DNA of 64,000 nucleotides from Xylographa opegraphella (GCA_022813865.1 JALDZX010000031.1:186001-250000), one strand, 5' to 3'. Shown: positions 27,792-40,563, counted from the first letter of the stretch. Numbers and translations are program-made. Notes: generated from the letters alone by a model not told the origin.

Positions 27792-28910
27792 TCACTTGTT
27801 CCGCTTGTAGATCTTCCCCAGGAAGCTCTCAAACACCTCCCTCTTGAGCCCCTCGCTCTCGTCCACTTGCGCGATCATCTCCCGTATCTCCCCCACGCGC
27901 TTCTCCTCGAAGGCCCGGTACACCTCGTCCAGCTGCAGCTCGCGATACACCTCCTTCACCCGTTTCTCCATCTCCCCGTCCTTGCGCCCGTAGTTATCCT
28001 CTAGCACCTTTCGCTGCGCCGTCGACGCGTGCAGTAGCGCCTGGTTGACCAGCCAGCTGCACTTGTTGTCCTGGATGTCCGTCCCGATCTTGCCAATCGT
28101 CTCCGGCGCGCCGTACGCATCCAGGAAGTCGTCCTGCGCTTGGAAATACTCGCCCAGGGGAATAAGGATCTGGCGGGCCTGCTCGAGGTTCTTGGGCGTT
28201 GCGAGCTGCAGGTAGTGCAGGGCCAGCGCAACCGGCAGGTAGAAACTGTAGTAAGCGGTCTTGTAGATGACGATGAAGGTGAACTTCTCGACGCTGAAAT
28301 TGGTCAGATCGACTTTGTCCTCGGGCGCGGTGAGGAGGTCGCATGTCTGGCCGATCTCGGTCTGGAATGTGACTTCGTGGAAGAGCTCGAGGAGGTCGAC
28401 GTACGCCGGATGGCTGCGGAAGTGCTTCTTCAGCAGGATGTAGATGGCTGACTCGAGCATGAAGGCGTCGTTGATGGCAATCATGGACACGGCGGGTTGA
28501 CGGTACCAACAGGGTTGCCCGCGCCGTGTGAGGGAGGAGTCCATGATGTCGTCCGAGACAAGGAAGAAGGCTTGCAGTAGCTCGGTCATCCAGCCGAGGG
28601 TGGCAGCTGCGTGGAAGGCGGAAGGGGAGAGGGTGGAAGTTGAGGAGAGCAGGGCGGTGGTGTCGAGGACGGAGATGCCCCGGTTAGCTTTGCCGCCGAG
28701 GGTGTTGTAGTTGAGAGACTGGAGAAAGGCATTTGGTCAAATTGCTGCGCGGAAACGGAGAGAAGCACGTTCGGGGGAGTGGGGAGGGCAGCATGCCTTT
28801 TGAAACCACGTGAGGGCCGCTTCGGGGAGGTTATACTGCTGGGCGTGCTGCGAGAGCTCGTCAACGAGCGACGGCCATACGGACTCGAACTCTTTCAGAG
28901 TGTACGGCAT
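27792..28910 (-). CDS. ERG20: Farnesyl pyrophosphate synthase (2 exons)
   Basis: [29 protein letters not shown] (FARM with aromatic residues at -4/-5), [23 protein letters not shown] (SARM), [14 protein letters not shown] and C-terminal KIYKRNK. Confidence 0.97.
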
Positions 28911-29312
28911 GATGACGTTGGGGAGAGAGTGTGATTGAGAGTTGAGGTCTCAATTCCTGGTGGTGATACTTCAATGGATGGAATTCGTCCAGGGGATGAT
29001 GAGCTTTGAAATGGTGAATTATTCGGGTACGCCACCAACCCCTGCAGACCTGCGGCAGGGTCTAGGGTCTCGGTGTTCATTAGCGTGTTTCAGCGCGTTG
29101 CACTTAGGGTTGTGGATTCCTCCATTGCTACACAAACAGCGGACAACAGTCTTCGAGTAGAGAACTTACCTAACCTGAGCCTTCAGTGCCACTAGGCGCC
29201 CAAGCCATTTGATTGTTCCCAAGTGCTACAGGTAAAGCTCATGATGCTGACGAACCATGTAATAATACATCTGTAATTCGACTATTGCTGGCCGTCAGCA
29301 CTGTCCGTCAAT

Positions 29313-31462
29313 ATGGCGACGTTTACAAAGGAGGACGCACGGCAGCTTCGATCGACCTTACAGGATGCTACTATCAAGTGTTCCGAGCGATGTCTGTACC
29401 AGTCTGCAAAGTGGTAAGACACTCATTAATCTGGCTGACGGCGTCAAAAGAGGAAGCTAAGTATTAACTCGTCAAAGGGCAGCTGAATTATCAGCATCTT
29501 TGTCAGTGCGGATTGGTGATTCGGATGAAGAAACAGACCCAGACTCGCCAATGGAAGATACAGGTCCGCCTCCAACAGTTTTCCCAGTGGTTGTCTCGGC
29601 CAATTCCGACCTGCAAGAGGCCCGTCTTGAAGCATATGAAATTCACAAGTATCTCCTAGCTAAATCATATTTTGACTGTCGCGAGTTTGAGAGATGTGCG
29701 GCTGTTTTCCTGCCATCTGCTGTGCCAAAAAGCTCTTTGTCTGTATCTTCTCCGAACGTCAGCACTCGGAGTCCAGCTAAATCGGCGAGAGGGAAATCCA
29801 AAGAGACAAAGGCAGCAACAGAAGGTCCTACAGCTGGGTCAATTCCACCTCCAAATGTCTTGCCACGCCTCAGCCAGAAGTCACTCTTCTTGGCTCTGTA
29901 TGCTAAGTATATGTCTGGGGAGAAAAGGAAAGATGAGGAAAGCGAGATGATACTGGGGCCGGCTGATCGAGGATCTGCAATGAACAAGGAACTTGTTGGA
30001 CTGTCCCGTTCATTGGAAGGATGGTTTGCCACGAGGAGACCTGATCAAAGTAGTGGAGGCTGGCTGGAATATCTCTATGGCATCGTACTGGCAAAGGGAA
30101 AGAATGAAGAAGACGCAAAACGCTGGCTTATTAGAAGTGTGCATCTATTCCCATATAATTGGGGTGCGTGGCTTGAGCTGAATGATTTACTTGGAAGTGT
30201 AGAAGAGGTACGTATCTCCTCTTCAAATACACATCTCAAATCCAATTCTTGTGGCAGCTTCACCGTATCGTGCCCGAGCTCCCTCAGAACGTGATGACTT
30301 TGGTCTTCCATCTATACGCAAATCAAGAATTATACCAATCCACAGAGCCGATTCACCATCAGCTGAACGAGCTGCAAAGGCTATTCCCGCAGAATCATTT
30401 TCTCATGACCCAAAGAGCACTGCTATATTACCACTCAAAGGGTTTTTCTAACCTAATTTCACCCTTTTCGAGCGAATGAAATACTAAGAAGCTGTAGACT
30501 TCGACGAAGCCGAATCCGTCTTCTCTGACATCCTTCATGCCGACCCCTACCGCATCGACTCCCTCGACCACTATTCCAACATCCTCTACGTCATGTCCGC
30601 CCGCCCGAAGCTCGCCTTCGTCGCCCAACTCGCCACCGCAACCGACAAGTTCCGCCCCGAAACCTGCTGCGTCGTCGGCAACTACTACTCGCTGAAATCC
30701 GAGCACGAGAAAGCGGTCCAGTACTTCCGGCGCGCCCTCACCCTCGATCGCAACTTCCTCTCCGCCTGGACGCTCATGGGCCACGAGTACGTCGAGATGA
30801 AAAACACCCACGCGGCCATCGAGTCATACCGGCGCGCCGTCGACGTCAACCGCAAGGACTACCGCGCCTGGTACGGCCTCGGGCAGACGTACGAGGTCCT
30901 TGAAATGCACCTCTACGCCCTCTTCTACTACCAGCGCGCGTCCAGCTTGCGGCCGTACGACCCCAAGATGTGGCAGGCGGTCGGCAGCTGTTACGACAAG
31001 ATCGACCGCCCCGTGCAGAGCATCAAAGCGTACAAGCGCGCTCTCGTCGCCGGAACGTACTACGACGTCGGCAGCTCCTTCGGCTCGGGCACGACGTCGG
31101 ATCCACCCAGCGGTGCCATGGACCCCGAGATCGTGTACCAGATCGCGCTGATGTACGAGAAGCTGGGCGAGCCGGACGACGCGGCGGAGTACATGGAGAT
31201 GACGCTGGCGCAGGAGGAGGGGCCGGTCGGCGAAGACGACGATGGGGAGGAGGTCCGAGGCGCGGGCACCGGGGTCACGAATACCACGAGCAAGGCGCGC
31301 ATGTGGTTGGCCCGGTGGGAGTACACGCGTGGGGCGTATGCGCGGGCAATGGAGCTGGCGAACGAGTTGTGTCAGGATGGGGTGGAGGTCGAGGAGGCGA
31401 AGGCGCTGATCAGGGACGTGAGGGCGAGGATGGAGGGCGAGGGCGATGCGGGTGAGTCGTGA
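29313..31462 (+). CDS. CDC23: Anaphase-promoting complex subunit 8
   Basis: [29 protein letters not shown] and TPR repeats with [14 protein letters not shown] and [15 protein letters not shown]; 4 exons. Confidence 0.96.
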
Positions 31463-32628
31463 GTGGTTCATCTTCAGGACCAATTGCTTGTTAGCAACGG
31501 TGGAAAGGGCCAGGCATTAAATATGGTGGGTTAAGGTAACCATGCCAGTCTCAGGTGGTTGGCGGTCAGATCCGAGCTATACTCCTTATGAAACTTGTGT
31601 TTGAGGACACAATAGAGGTCCATAGCCATGTTTCATGTTATGCTATACTACAACCGCTACAACCTTACATAGTATTGGTATCTAAGAAGCCCGTAATAGT
31701 CGCATAGGACTTCACACGCCAGCGGTATCTGGAGGAATCGTAAAACTGCAGCTACGAGGTCCACCTAAGACCGCTCCCAAAGCCGCCGCTCGCAACAGCG
31801 GTGGAATGGTTGGAGGCTTCCTGCCATTGTGCACAATCAACCCAGCAGTTCCCGATGATCCCACTAGCAAGAAAAACTGCCACATGGCACAGTCAAGATG
31901 CTTTCCACGACTTGCACCTATCTTTCGCCACCAAGGGACACGCCGAGGCGAAAGATACCGCCCACCATGATTGGCAGGGCCGCGCATACAGGCTGTTTCG
32001 TGGCCTATTGCGACCGCCAGTCGTAACGTGGATACATCTGGCGCCGAGCTCGGAACAAATATCGAGTTGAGTGATTAGAGGAGGGTAGTAATTATTCTAT
32101 CAAGTAGGTATGACATGACTTCCGGGATGCTTGCTAAGGGCAAGTAGACATATTCCTTATACAGCAAACTGACATGGCCTCCAGGTAAAGCAAGTTTTCG
32201 TTGCTTGCAAGGGCAAAGCGCCGAGGTTCGTGATCTTTGTAACCACATTCTGATGAAGCGGGCTGATTTGTTACTCTCGGCCCTAAGTGTTGCAAGAGGT
32301 CTCCCTCCTCGTGTTTAGCATAGGTCATGTGTTGAGTTTCTTTGATAAATCGGAAACAGGATTTCCAAAATTTCATTTGGTACATGAGATTGAGATAGCA
32401 ATTGATCGAAACTCTGGAAACAACCAAATCGGAGTTAGTCAGGGTACCACCTAGTATGGCGTGATTGACTTGTATCACGTTTTTGGCACCCAGTTGTGTA
32501 TTTTCGCCGTCGTTGCTTTGGCCTACATCTCGGCTGGTAGATATTTACATCCACATTCACAGTTATCTCAGTTTGTCTGTCTGTATTCATTAGGTCCTTT
32601 TTCAGGTTTTCTTTTCGCCGCGATTTTT

Positions 32629-34923
32629 TTACAGGAATCGCCCAGCTGGTCCAGCCTCCCAGGCGGACCAGTCAATGAGCTCAAAGTTGAGCAGGTCAGA
32701 GTCGAGGGAGTCATCTGAATCATGTTGGCCAGCCGGGACAGTTTCAGCATTGCGAGCATCGACGTGTGCCTCAAGCTTCGCAACACACCAAGGCTTCTCG
32801 ATATTCTGACTTTGCTGTTTCTCGAGGTATTCCTGCCGCTGTTGCCACGCGCGTAAAATCAAATGCGTGATGGCGGACAACTCAAGGCCAGGTCCGGCTG
32901 CCATGAGCCTAGGATGAAGCTCGCAGACTCTGTTGATGGTGGCCCATAAGCTTACGGCCTCTGCAGTGGCTGCCCGATGGTGTGCTTCGACGATCACGTA
33001 CACAAACGAGGAAGAAGCGAAGTAGAACTCATAATGCCACCGGAAACGAGCGATGGCTGGAGTGGTTTGTACAAGAATATAGTAATCCATGGTTTTCATA
33101 CAATTCTTCAGAAATTCGTTGCGATCAGCCAGGGACATGTCCGATATGCGTATATTTGCCATGAGAGGCTGCCGCGCATGCCTCTGTGCCGCAAGCAGGA
33201 AACTCTGCACACCAATCTGGATATAAAGGTGCATAGGGTTGACGGGTTCGCAGTGCTGTAAGAACTTGTCGACCAGCTCTTTTCTAAGTAATTCCATCAA
33301 ATCGTTCTTTTCTATCATCGACACATTGGTCGATGTGAACCATGCAGTGCCTTTACGAGCGGTATCACGGATGTGATACCCAACCCAATATCTATGAAGG
33401 ACCTGGCTCATGCCGGTCAAACCCGGTCGATTAGGAGGCAAGGTCGCCAAGGTGGGAGTAATGTCACTATCTTCAAGATTCGAAGGCATTTTCGTGTCCC
33501 AATTCGCATTGACACTCATTGGTCCGCAACCTACGACCAAGGCTATTAAGACTTCTACCTGCTGCATTTGCCACCAGGTTCGTCGTCGCTCTTCTGCAAC
33601 CATAGGGGATAAGCCTAGAAGGTCGCCGTCCCTATGTAAGCCCAGACGTTCTGCTATACGGACAGCGATACCCACTGAAGTCAATCAGTTATACGTTCCA
33701 ATATGTGCAATTATCAAATGTTGCCCAGGTGTTAATAAAGCCGGACAGGCTTGTTTTTTTGGGTCCGGGACAGTTGCTGGAATGTAGGAAATGAAGTTAA
33801 TTATGCAGAAATGGAAGACTCACTCAGCGAATAAAGTGTCGCCGGCCTTGCCCTGTTTCGCATAGCCAACTCGCATACATGTTAGTGGGTAAAGGGAAGA
33901 GCTCTATGGGCGCTCTTACAACATATAAATAGAGCGCCTGAAGGACAGGTAGATCACTCGTTGAAGCGTAACCAACACGCTCCAGGGCAGCCTCGACTGA
34001 CGACTGGAAGTCATCTAGTAGCAACAATCTCTCTGATGTTTCGAACAGCACCTTAAACTCTGTGTCGGTAAGACTCAAGACAGCAATGAAGTAGATAGCA
34101 AAAACCAGAGCTTCTTGTGGTAAGGATAGACTTGTAGGCTCATTGGCTGCTCTTTCCATCATGGGAGCTTTGTCCCAATCGAAGAACAGCTTCACAAGCG
34201 GATGTACATTGGTAAGATATGTCGTCCAGAGTGCAGAAGCAGTCTTGGGTGATGGATGACGATGCAACATGTCGATAGCCCACGCCGATATGGGCGGATC
34301 GAGGAGCGCAGCATGGTAATTAGTGCTGAACTGAGCTTGTTGTTGCGGACTATCGCTCCTCTTCTGCTGGGATTTCTCTGTCTCTCCATCAGGCATTCTT
34401 GCCTCACTCCAGCTGTACCACATAGGTCTGAGCAGGCACGTATCAGCGAGCGAACTTTTGAGCCGTTGGAGCGCAGAACGTACGTTTCGATATAACCAGT
34501 TTGCTTGTCGTGCTCGACTACGTAAGCTTCTCGGGTTTTGTATGATGTTAGCTCACTAGGACGAAACATGCCATTATGGTCTCGCTTCGTTCCAGACTTC
34601 AGCGTTGAGTCAAAGTTGGAAGAAGTACGAGGTGTGGGCAGTGCTTGATCCTGAGAACTAGCTATCGTCCGTTGGTGAACATGGTTCAGATCCACACCAC
34701 TACGAATAATGAATTGCTCGAGCTCATGAATTCGATCTTGTTGCATCTGGACGATTTCTCCACTCAGGTGTGCCTTGGAAGGAGTGCTCTTGGTCATGGG
34801 ATAAACACAATTGTCCTGTTTCCGCCGCTTGCAATGACAGCAGGGCTGAAGTTGATCGCATTTTACCTTTCGTTTGGCGCACGGCATACAGCTGGCAGGC
34901 TTATTAGCCACCTGTGAGTCCAT
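32629..34923 (-). CDS. Zn(II)2Cys6 transcription factor with fungal-specific TF middle domain
   Basis: SCMPCAKRKVKCDQLQPCCHCKRRKQDNCVYP, YLTNVHPLVKL, GIAVRIAERLGLHRDG...AEERRRTWW and MPSNLEDSD. Confidence 0.92.
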
Positions 34924-34996
34924 GACGCCGTCAACTGTTGTGAGCCACTCCATATATAAATTAGGAATCGTCGTCGACGATTCTTTGATGCACAAA

Positions 34997-35060
34997 CCTC
35001 GGCCACTAGTCCGAATTCTTGGCCTCGGCCGCTAGTCCGAAGCTCGGCCTCGGCCCCCGA
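34997..35060. promoter_or_regulatory. Tandem TCGG-N8-CCGA elements, candidate Zn2Cys6 binding sites
   Basis: cctcggccactagtccgaa (34997-35015), cctcggccgctagtccgaa (35023-35041) and a third degenerate copy, all in the 347-bp divergent intergenic region. Confidence 0.55.
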
Positions 35061-35270
35061 AATGACTGCGCTAATGTTTTGATATGTCTGTCGCTCCATG
35101 TAATGACATAAGTGACAGGTAGGCAGCACAGGTATGGCAGGACAGTATCTGGAATATAAGAAGCATGGATCGCATACTCTCCATCCTTCTCCATCCACAA
35201 TCCTTACTTTGGCTTGCACATCGTATTGCTGTCATTCCAAACGCTATTGTTGCTCCCTGAACTCGTCAAG

Positions 35271-37100
35271 ATGAACGCAGTTGACCAACAGGCTCGGCTC
35301 GAGAAGGAGGAAGAAAATCAACCGCAAGAAGAACATGATGGGGCCCAAACAGGCAGCAAAGAAGATCCAAGCCAGGACTCCGAAGATACAGAAGATTTTC
35401 CACCATTCAAAATCGTTCTTCCAGTGGCTTTGTCCATCTACCTGTCCATCTTCCTAGTATCACTAGTCAGTATCTATGGCCTGATTCCATGAGTGATACC
35501 CTCTTAAAGATACCCATTAGGATCGCACGATCATCGGTGTTGCAATACCGGCCATTTCCAACAACTTCAACAGTTTTGGCGATATCTCGTGGTACGAAGC
35601 CGCCTTTCTACTGACCTTCGCTGTCACCCAATTGCCTATGGGCAAAGTGTATGTGAGTTTTGTTGGATGCAGAACATAGAAGGCACGGACGGAGGCTGAT
35701 ACGGCCAAATTTCCAGAAATTCTACTCGGCCAAGTGGACTTTCATCCTGATTGTGGCCACTTTCGAGATCGGCTCCATCGTCTGTGCCGCAGCGCCTTCA
35801 TCAAATGCATTCATTGTTGGCCGAGCTCTCGCAGGTATTGGCGGAGGTGGTGCCGCGGTTGGTGCGCAAGTCATCTTCAGATCGCTTGTGCCTTTGGCAA
35901 AAGTCCCAGTGTATGTTGGTGTTACTGGTGCAGCTTTTGGCATTGCTTCGATCATGGGTCCTCTCCTGGGCGGATTCCTCACCTCCAAGGTGTCATGGCG
36001 CTGGTGTTTCTGGATCAATGTTCCAATCGGAGGCTTTGCTCTGATATGCCTTGTTCTTCTTTTACCATCTTCACCGGCTCCCAGCAAACTCGAGGGCACG
36101 TTCATGGAAAAGGTCAAGAGGTTCGATCCAGTTGGCAACGCTGTGCTTGCCCCAGGCCTCATATTATTTCTCTTGGCTATACAGTGGGGTGGTAGTACAT
36201 ACGCCTGGAGTAGTGCTAGGGTGGTCACTTGCCTCGTCCTTGGTATAGTATTAATTATCGCATTCATGGTCATCCAATACTGGATGCAGGAAGAGGGGAC
36301 TGTGCCCCCGAGAATTTTGCTACAAAGAAGCATCGCTGCTTGTACGGTCGTATCACTTTGCAGCGGCGCATCCCTCATCATCGACTCATTCTACCTACCC
36401 ATCTGGTTTCAAGCAATTCAGGGAACCTCCGCAGCCGAAGCTGGAATCAGGATGTTACCTTACTTCCTTTCGACAGTGGTCTTCGTGATTACATCTGGTT
36501 TCGCAGTCTCCAAGCTCGGGTACTACACCCCTTTCTTGATCTCTGGAAACGCTATTGTGATAGTCGCTACGGCGCTCTTAACAACGCTTCAAATCGGCAC
36601 CACTATAGGCGAATCGATTGGGTATCAGGTAGGCAGAACATTCTCTCATATGGAATTTCGGGTCACTGACCCATTTGCTTCAGATTATTCTCGGTGCAGG
36701 TACTGGTAGTGCTCTGATACAAAGCAATAATGCTGCGTTGACTGTCTTAAGCAAAGAGGACATACCCACAGGCGTCACTATCCTAAACTTTTTTGGCCAA
36801 GTGGGAGGGTCAGTCTTCATATCGATTTGTCAGACGATCCTGTCCAGCTCGTTGAAGTCTCAACTTGCGAGTACTTTGCCAGGTTTTGATGCTTCTGGAA
36901 TCGCTACATCCGGCGCGACAGAGATTCGAAATATGGTACCGGAACAGCAACTGCCTATTCTACTCAAAGCGTACAACGCTAGCATAGATAATGTCTTTGA
37001 TTGCGCTCTAGGCCTTGCTTGTTTGGCTTTTGTCGCTTCGTTATTCGTGGAGTGGAAGAGCGTGAAATCCACGGGAAAGGCCGTAGAGGACAAGGTATAA
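35271..37100 (+). CDS. MFS drug:H+ antiporter (DHA2 / AflT-GliA-like efflux pump)
   Basis: LVSLDRTIIGVAIPAIS, DISWY, FEIGSIVCAAAPSS.AFIVGRA, SWRWCFWINVPIG, YLPIWFQAIQG and EWKSVK. Confidence 0.95.
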
Positions 37101-37748
37101 ATATCCGATGAAAGGGACTGGCTGGTAGATGAGGAGGAGTGGAGGAATACCAAGACTTGTGCTTGATAGCAAAAACGAGAGACAATAAATGTATCATTCG
37201 ACGGATAGAAGCTATTAGACTGTTCGAATTATGTTCATAATCATCATGGACAAAATAATAAGGTCGCAGATGAACTGTACTGTGAGTTAATTGAAGCATT
37301 GAACACAAATTAGCAACTTTTGTGCAAATACTATTTTTCACACATTGGTCAGGACCGGGGCTATGTCAAATTGTAATCCCGGAGCTTGATCACATCATCC
37401 AGACTCCAGTATAGGTCGATGCGGGAGAGTTGAAAGATCGGCAGCTCACCCTGCCAAGGTAATGCAGGGCGTAAAATTGAAACGAGCGGAATGCGATTGA
37501 GTGATGGGAATTGAGAATCTTGTGGCTCATCTCTCCCACGCCCGCCTTAGATGCGATACTTATTCCCGCAGAATCTTCGATCAAATGCATTGCAATGAGA
37601 AGTGCTACTGTAAGATATAGCCTGCCACGGGCGGGTTTCGTCACCTAGGTAGCTTTTCGGCCATTGGATGGTCAGCTACGACACCGGCTCCGCCTGGATC
37701 GGCATGGGACGACTGCCACTGGAGACTGGTGATCTCTCCGCTCAAACC

Positions 37749-37804
37749 AATGTCCGCGACAAAGACTCGCACTTGGAATGTCCGCGACAAAGATTCGCAC
37801 TTGG
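37749..37804. repeat. 28-bp tandem duplication
   Basis: aatgtccgcgacaaaga(c/t)tcgcacttgg, two copies, one mismatch. Confidence 0.85.
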
Positions 37805-38324
37805 AGGTCCTGAAAGGATGGCAGATCTCTGTTGACTTTTCGACGAACAAACGTGGATAGGTATTCTGGACCTAAAAGAGATCCGAAGGATCTAGGACAT
37901 TGGCTAAAATAAGCGCCTGAGCCGCGAACCTAGAACAAAAGCACATCGCGTCAGGAGTACCTAGTCCACCGTGTCTCTTGGATTTTTTTGTAAGTACGAT
38001 TGATAGCACTTAGCGTGGCTCCCAATTCAACTCGTATCCGAGACATGTTCAGTAGCTGCGAGATTCCGTTTCCTTAGCCGGGTATCTTACCGGCCAAAAT
38101 ATAGCTGTTCCCAAGATAAAGACGCGCCATCCACAGAATCGGGTGCGATGACTCATTGGCTCGACGAATTATATCCGCCATGGATCTCGAAATCCTGTGT
38201 CTTCCCTACATTGGGGCTTAGAATAGATGTCAAGACATATCTAGATAGCCAACGTGAAACCAGGACGCTTGTACAAAACTCTAGATTAGGCTTACTGCCA
38301 CTCTGACCAGAACTCCTCCCGCCA

Positions 38325-39083
38325 ATGGAGAAAAGACCCATCGTCCACCTCCCCACAACCGCGGCCTACGACCGCTGGGCACCTGTCTACGACCACGACG
38401 ACAACCCCCTCCAAGCCCTCGACGACCTCGAGCTCTCCACCCTGCTCCCGGAATTCCTTGCTCTCCTACCCAAAAGCCCACACAAACGCGCTATCAGACT
38501 TGTAGATCTCGGCTGCGGCACCGGTCGAAACACCCTCAAGCTGCTGTCCCTCCCCAACACCCACATCACCGGCCTAGACGCATCGCCGAATATGCTCAAT
38601 ATCGCTCGGCAGCGCTGCATCTCACGGCTCGACTCGCTTGCGGGAGGAAATCGCGTTGAAAAAGTCGACTTCGAGATCTTCGACATGCTGGCGGCTGCTA
38701 CGGTACCAGACTGTGCTCGATATGCGGACGCGGTGCTAAGCACGCTAGTGCTGGAGCACATACCGCTCGCGGTTTTCTTCGGTACCGCAGCGAGGCTGTT
38801 GGTGAGCGGAGGGTATTTCTTGGTTACGAATATGCATGCTGAGATGGGAGCAAAGGCGCAGGCGGGCTTTGTGGACCCGGAGACGGTTACGAAGATCCGG
38901 CCCGAGAGCTTTGTGTACGGTGTCGAGGAGGTGGTAAGTGAGGCGGTGAGAAGTGGGTTCCGTATTGTCGGAGGAATCAGGGAACGCGCTGTGAGAGAGG
39001 AAGATTTGTTAATGTTGGGGCGCAGGGCGGCGAAGTGGGTAGGTGTTAAATGCTGGTTTGGATTAGTATTCGAGAAGGTGTGA
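38325..39083 (+). CDS. Class I SAM-dependent methyltransferase, single exon
   Basis: AYDRWAPVYD, LVDLGCGTGRNT (motif I), GLDASPNML and STLVLEHI. Confidence 0.92.
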   Translation: MEKRPIVHLPTTAAYDRWAPVYDHDDNPLQALDDLELSTLLPEFLALLPKSPHKRAIRLVDLGCGTGRNTLKLLSLPNTHITGLDASPNMLNIARQRCISRLDSLAGGNRVEKVDFEIFDMLAAATVPDCARYADAVLSTLVLEHIPLAVFFGTAARLLVSGGYFLVTNMHAEMGAKAQAGFVDPETVTKIRPESFVYGVEEVVSEAVRSGFRIVGGIRERAVREEDLLMLGRRAAKWVGVKCWFGLVFEKV

Positions 39084-39770
39084 GGCAGCGTTTGCGAATG
39101 GGTAAGCTATAAGCTCAATCGCTCATTCGCTCATTCAGTAAGCTTGAGGGCGCATTCATGATGCGAGTGTGGGATTGCTCGGGAGATTCTTTGCTACAGC
39201 GGCGCTCCCAACGGCCGAGACGGTCCCATACAGACATGCAAGCTGAGTCGACTGTTAAACCAGACAAGCAAGCCAAGCTGGCCAATTCCAATTTCCAGGA
39301 AGGTGAGACAGCCCCGACTGATAGCATTAAGCGCTTAGGAGCGCACTATTGCCGGAGCACTGCGTGTCTTTATGATATCGAGAAGAGCGGAAACCCATGC
39401 AAGGACAGATGGTACGTCGAAGTGATATCTTTTTATTACAGCGTGTATAGTTCAGGTCGTGTCTGTATGTAATCCAATTCAGCAGCGAGCCACAGATTGA
39501 TGCTGATTGACAAAATCGATAGAGCCCACAGACAAGAACCTGGCAGTTGCTCTGGCAAAGTCTTCGTCGATACCCTCTTCAAACAATGAAACATATACAT
39601 AATGTCAGGGCATAGTACATGTATGTCGAGCGAAATTGTAAAGGATGAATAGTGCTCTTTACGATCTAAACAGCTATCTCTTTGGTTATTTTCGGTGATC
39701 TTGTTTAGAGATCTCAAACATGTTCAGAAGCATACGATAGGTAAGAAGAGAGTCGACAATCGAGACCAAA

Positions 39771-40001
39771 GTCACCCCAAGCATATCAAGGGCGCTGTGG
39801 GTGCACAAGTTACCTGGTCAGACTGTATAGTAAGGCTAGCTTCGATTTCGTATGGTCGGACCACAGCACGGGCTGGCCTGCACCGTCCCGTAATGTCTCG
39901 TTACGAGCTGTAGCAGGCGTCCGCCGCGGCTAATCCTGAAACCATTCCGTCGCAGTGAATTCGTATCATAAAATCAGTGCCCTTGATATGCTTGGGGTGG
40001 C
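39771..40001. mobile_element. Candidate MITE / non-autonomous TIR element (about 230 bp)
   Basis: caccccaagcatatcaagggcgctg (39773-39797) matches the reverse complement of 39975-39999 at 24/25 positions. The interior is non-coding. AAA flanks both ends (possible TSD, weak). Confidence 0.55.
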
Positions 40002-40155
40002 AAAAGTCAAAAAGTAGCGTCGTCTAACGCTAACTCAACTTGGACTAGCGGCTCACTTCGCCCGTCACCTTCCTATTGCTCGGCGGAATCCGGCGGAGGC
40101 TTCCCCACGATACCCACATTCTCACTCAACCAAAGATAAAGATGCAAAAACAAAA

Positions 40156-40274
40156 ACATACAACAGCTGGGATTCGCTGGTGGTCACCCACCCAACTACT
40201 AATCAGCCGATCTCAAGCTTATGTATGCCAGAGCGGACGGGATAGCCAGTTCTCTTGAGTCTGTGGTCGTATGT
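40156..40274 (-). rRNA. 5S rRNA gene (dispersed copy)
   Basis: 119 nt: ACATACGACCA...TCCCGTCCGCTC...TTAGTAGTTGGGTGGGTGACCACCAGCGAATCCC...GTTGTATGT. A T-tract Pol III terminator follows, and TTATAA lies at about -25 to -30. Confidence 0.96.
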
Positions 40275-40563
40275 GCTCAAATCTTGAAAAATTCAGAGTT
40301 ATAAAGATATGGGAGGCCTCCGCCACTCTGAAAACCTTAGTTTTTTAATAGCACATCTGGAATTTTAGAAGCTATATAAGGTACTTACTTATGTCAAGCA
40401 AGTATTCAAAGTTTGTAATCACGCTTGCGTTCATATTGTACGTTCTACGGTCAGGTTACATGTCATCCACTGTGTAAAGGAGTATCATTATGTTATAGAA
40501 AACAGATGGGCTTCACATAACGAACCTTGCCTACCCACAGAACATACATATGTCACCGGAGGG

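Noticed and set aside
27792..28910. ERG20 as the backbone of a terpene cluster
   Set aside because: It has typical housekeeping FPPS motifs and is flanked by glycogen synthase and CDC23; no cyclase is nearby.
30824..31483. Long antisense and alternative-frame ORFs over CDC23 and ERG20
   Set aside because: A by-product of high GC3 depleting stop codons.
37749..37804. 28-bp direct repeat as CRISPR-like
   Set aside because: Two adjacent copies with no spacer in a eukaryotic genome; a simple tandem duplication.
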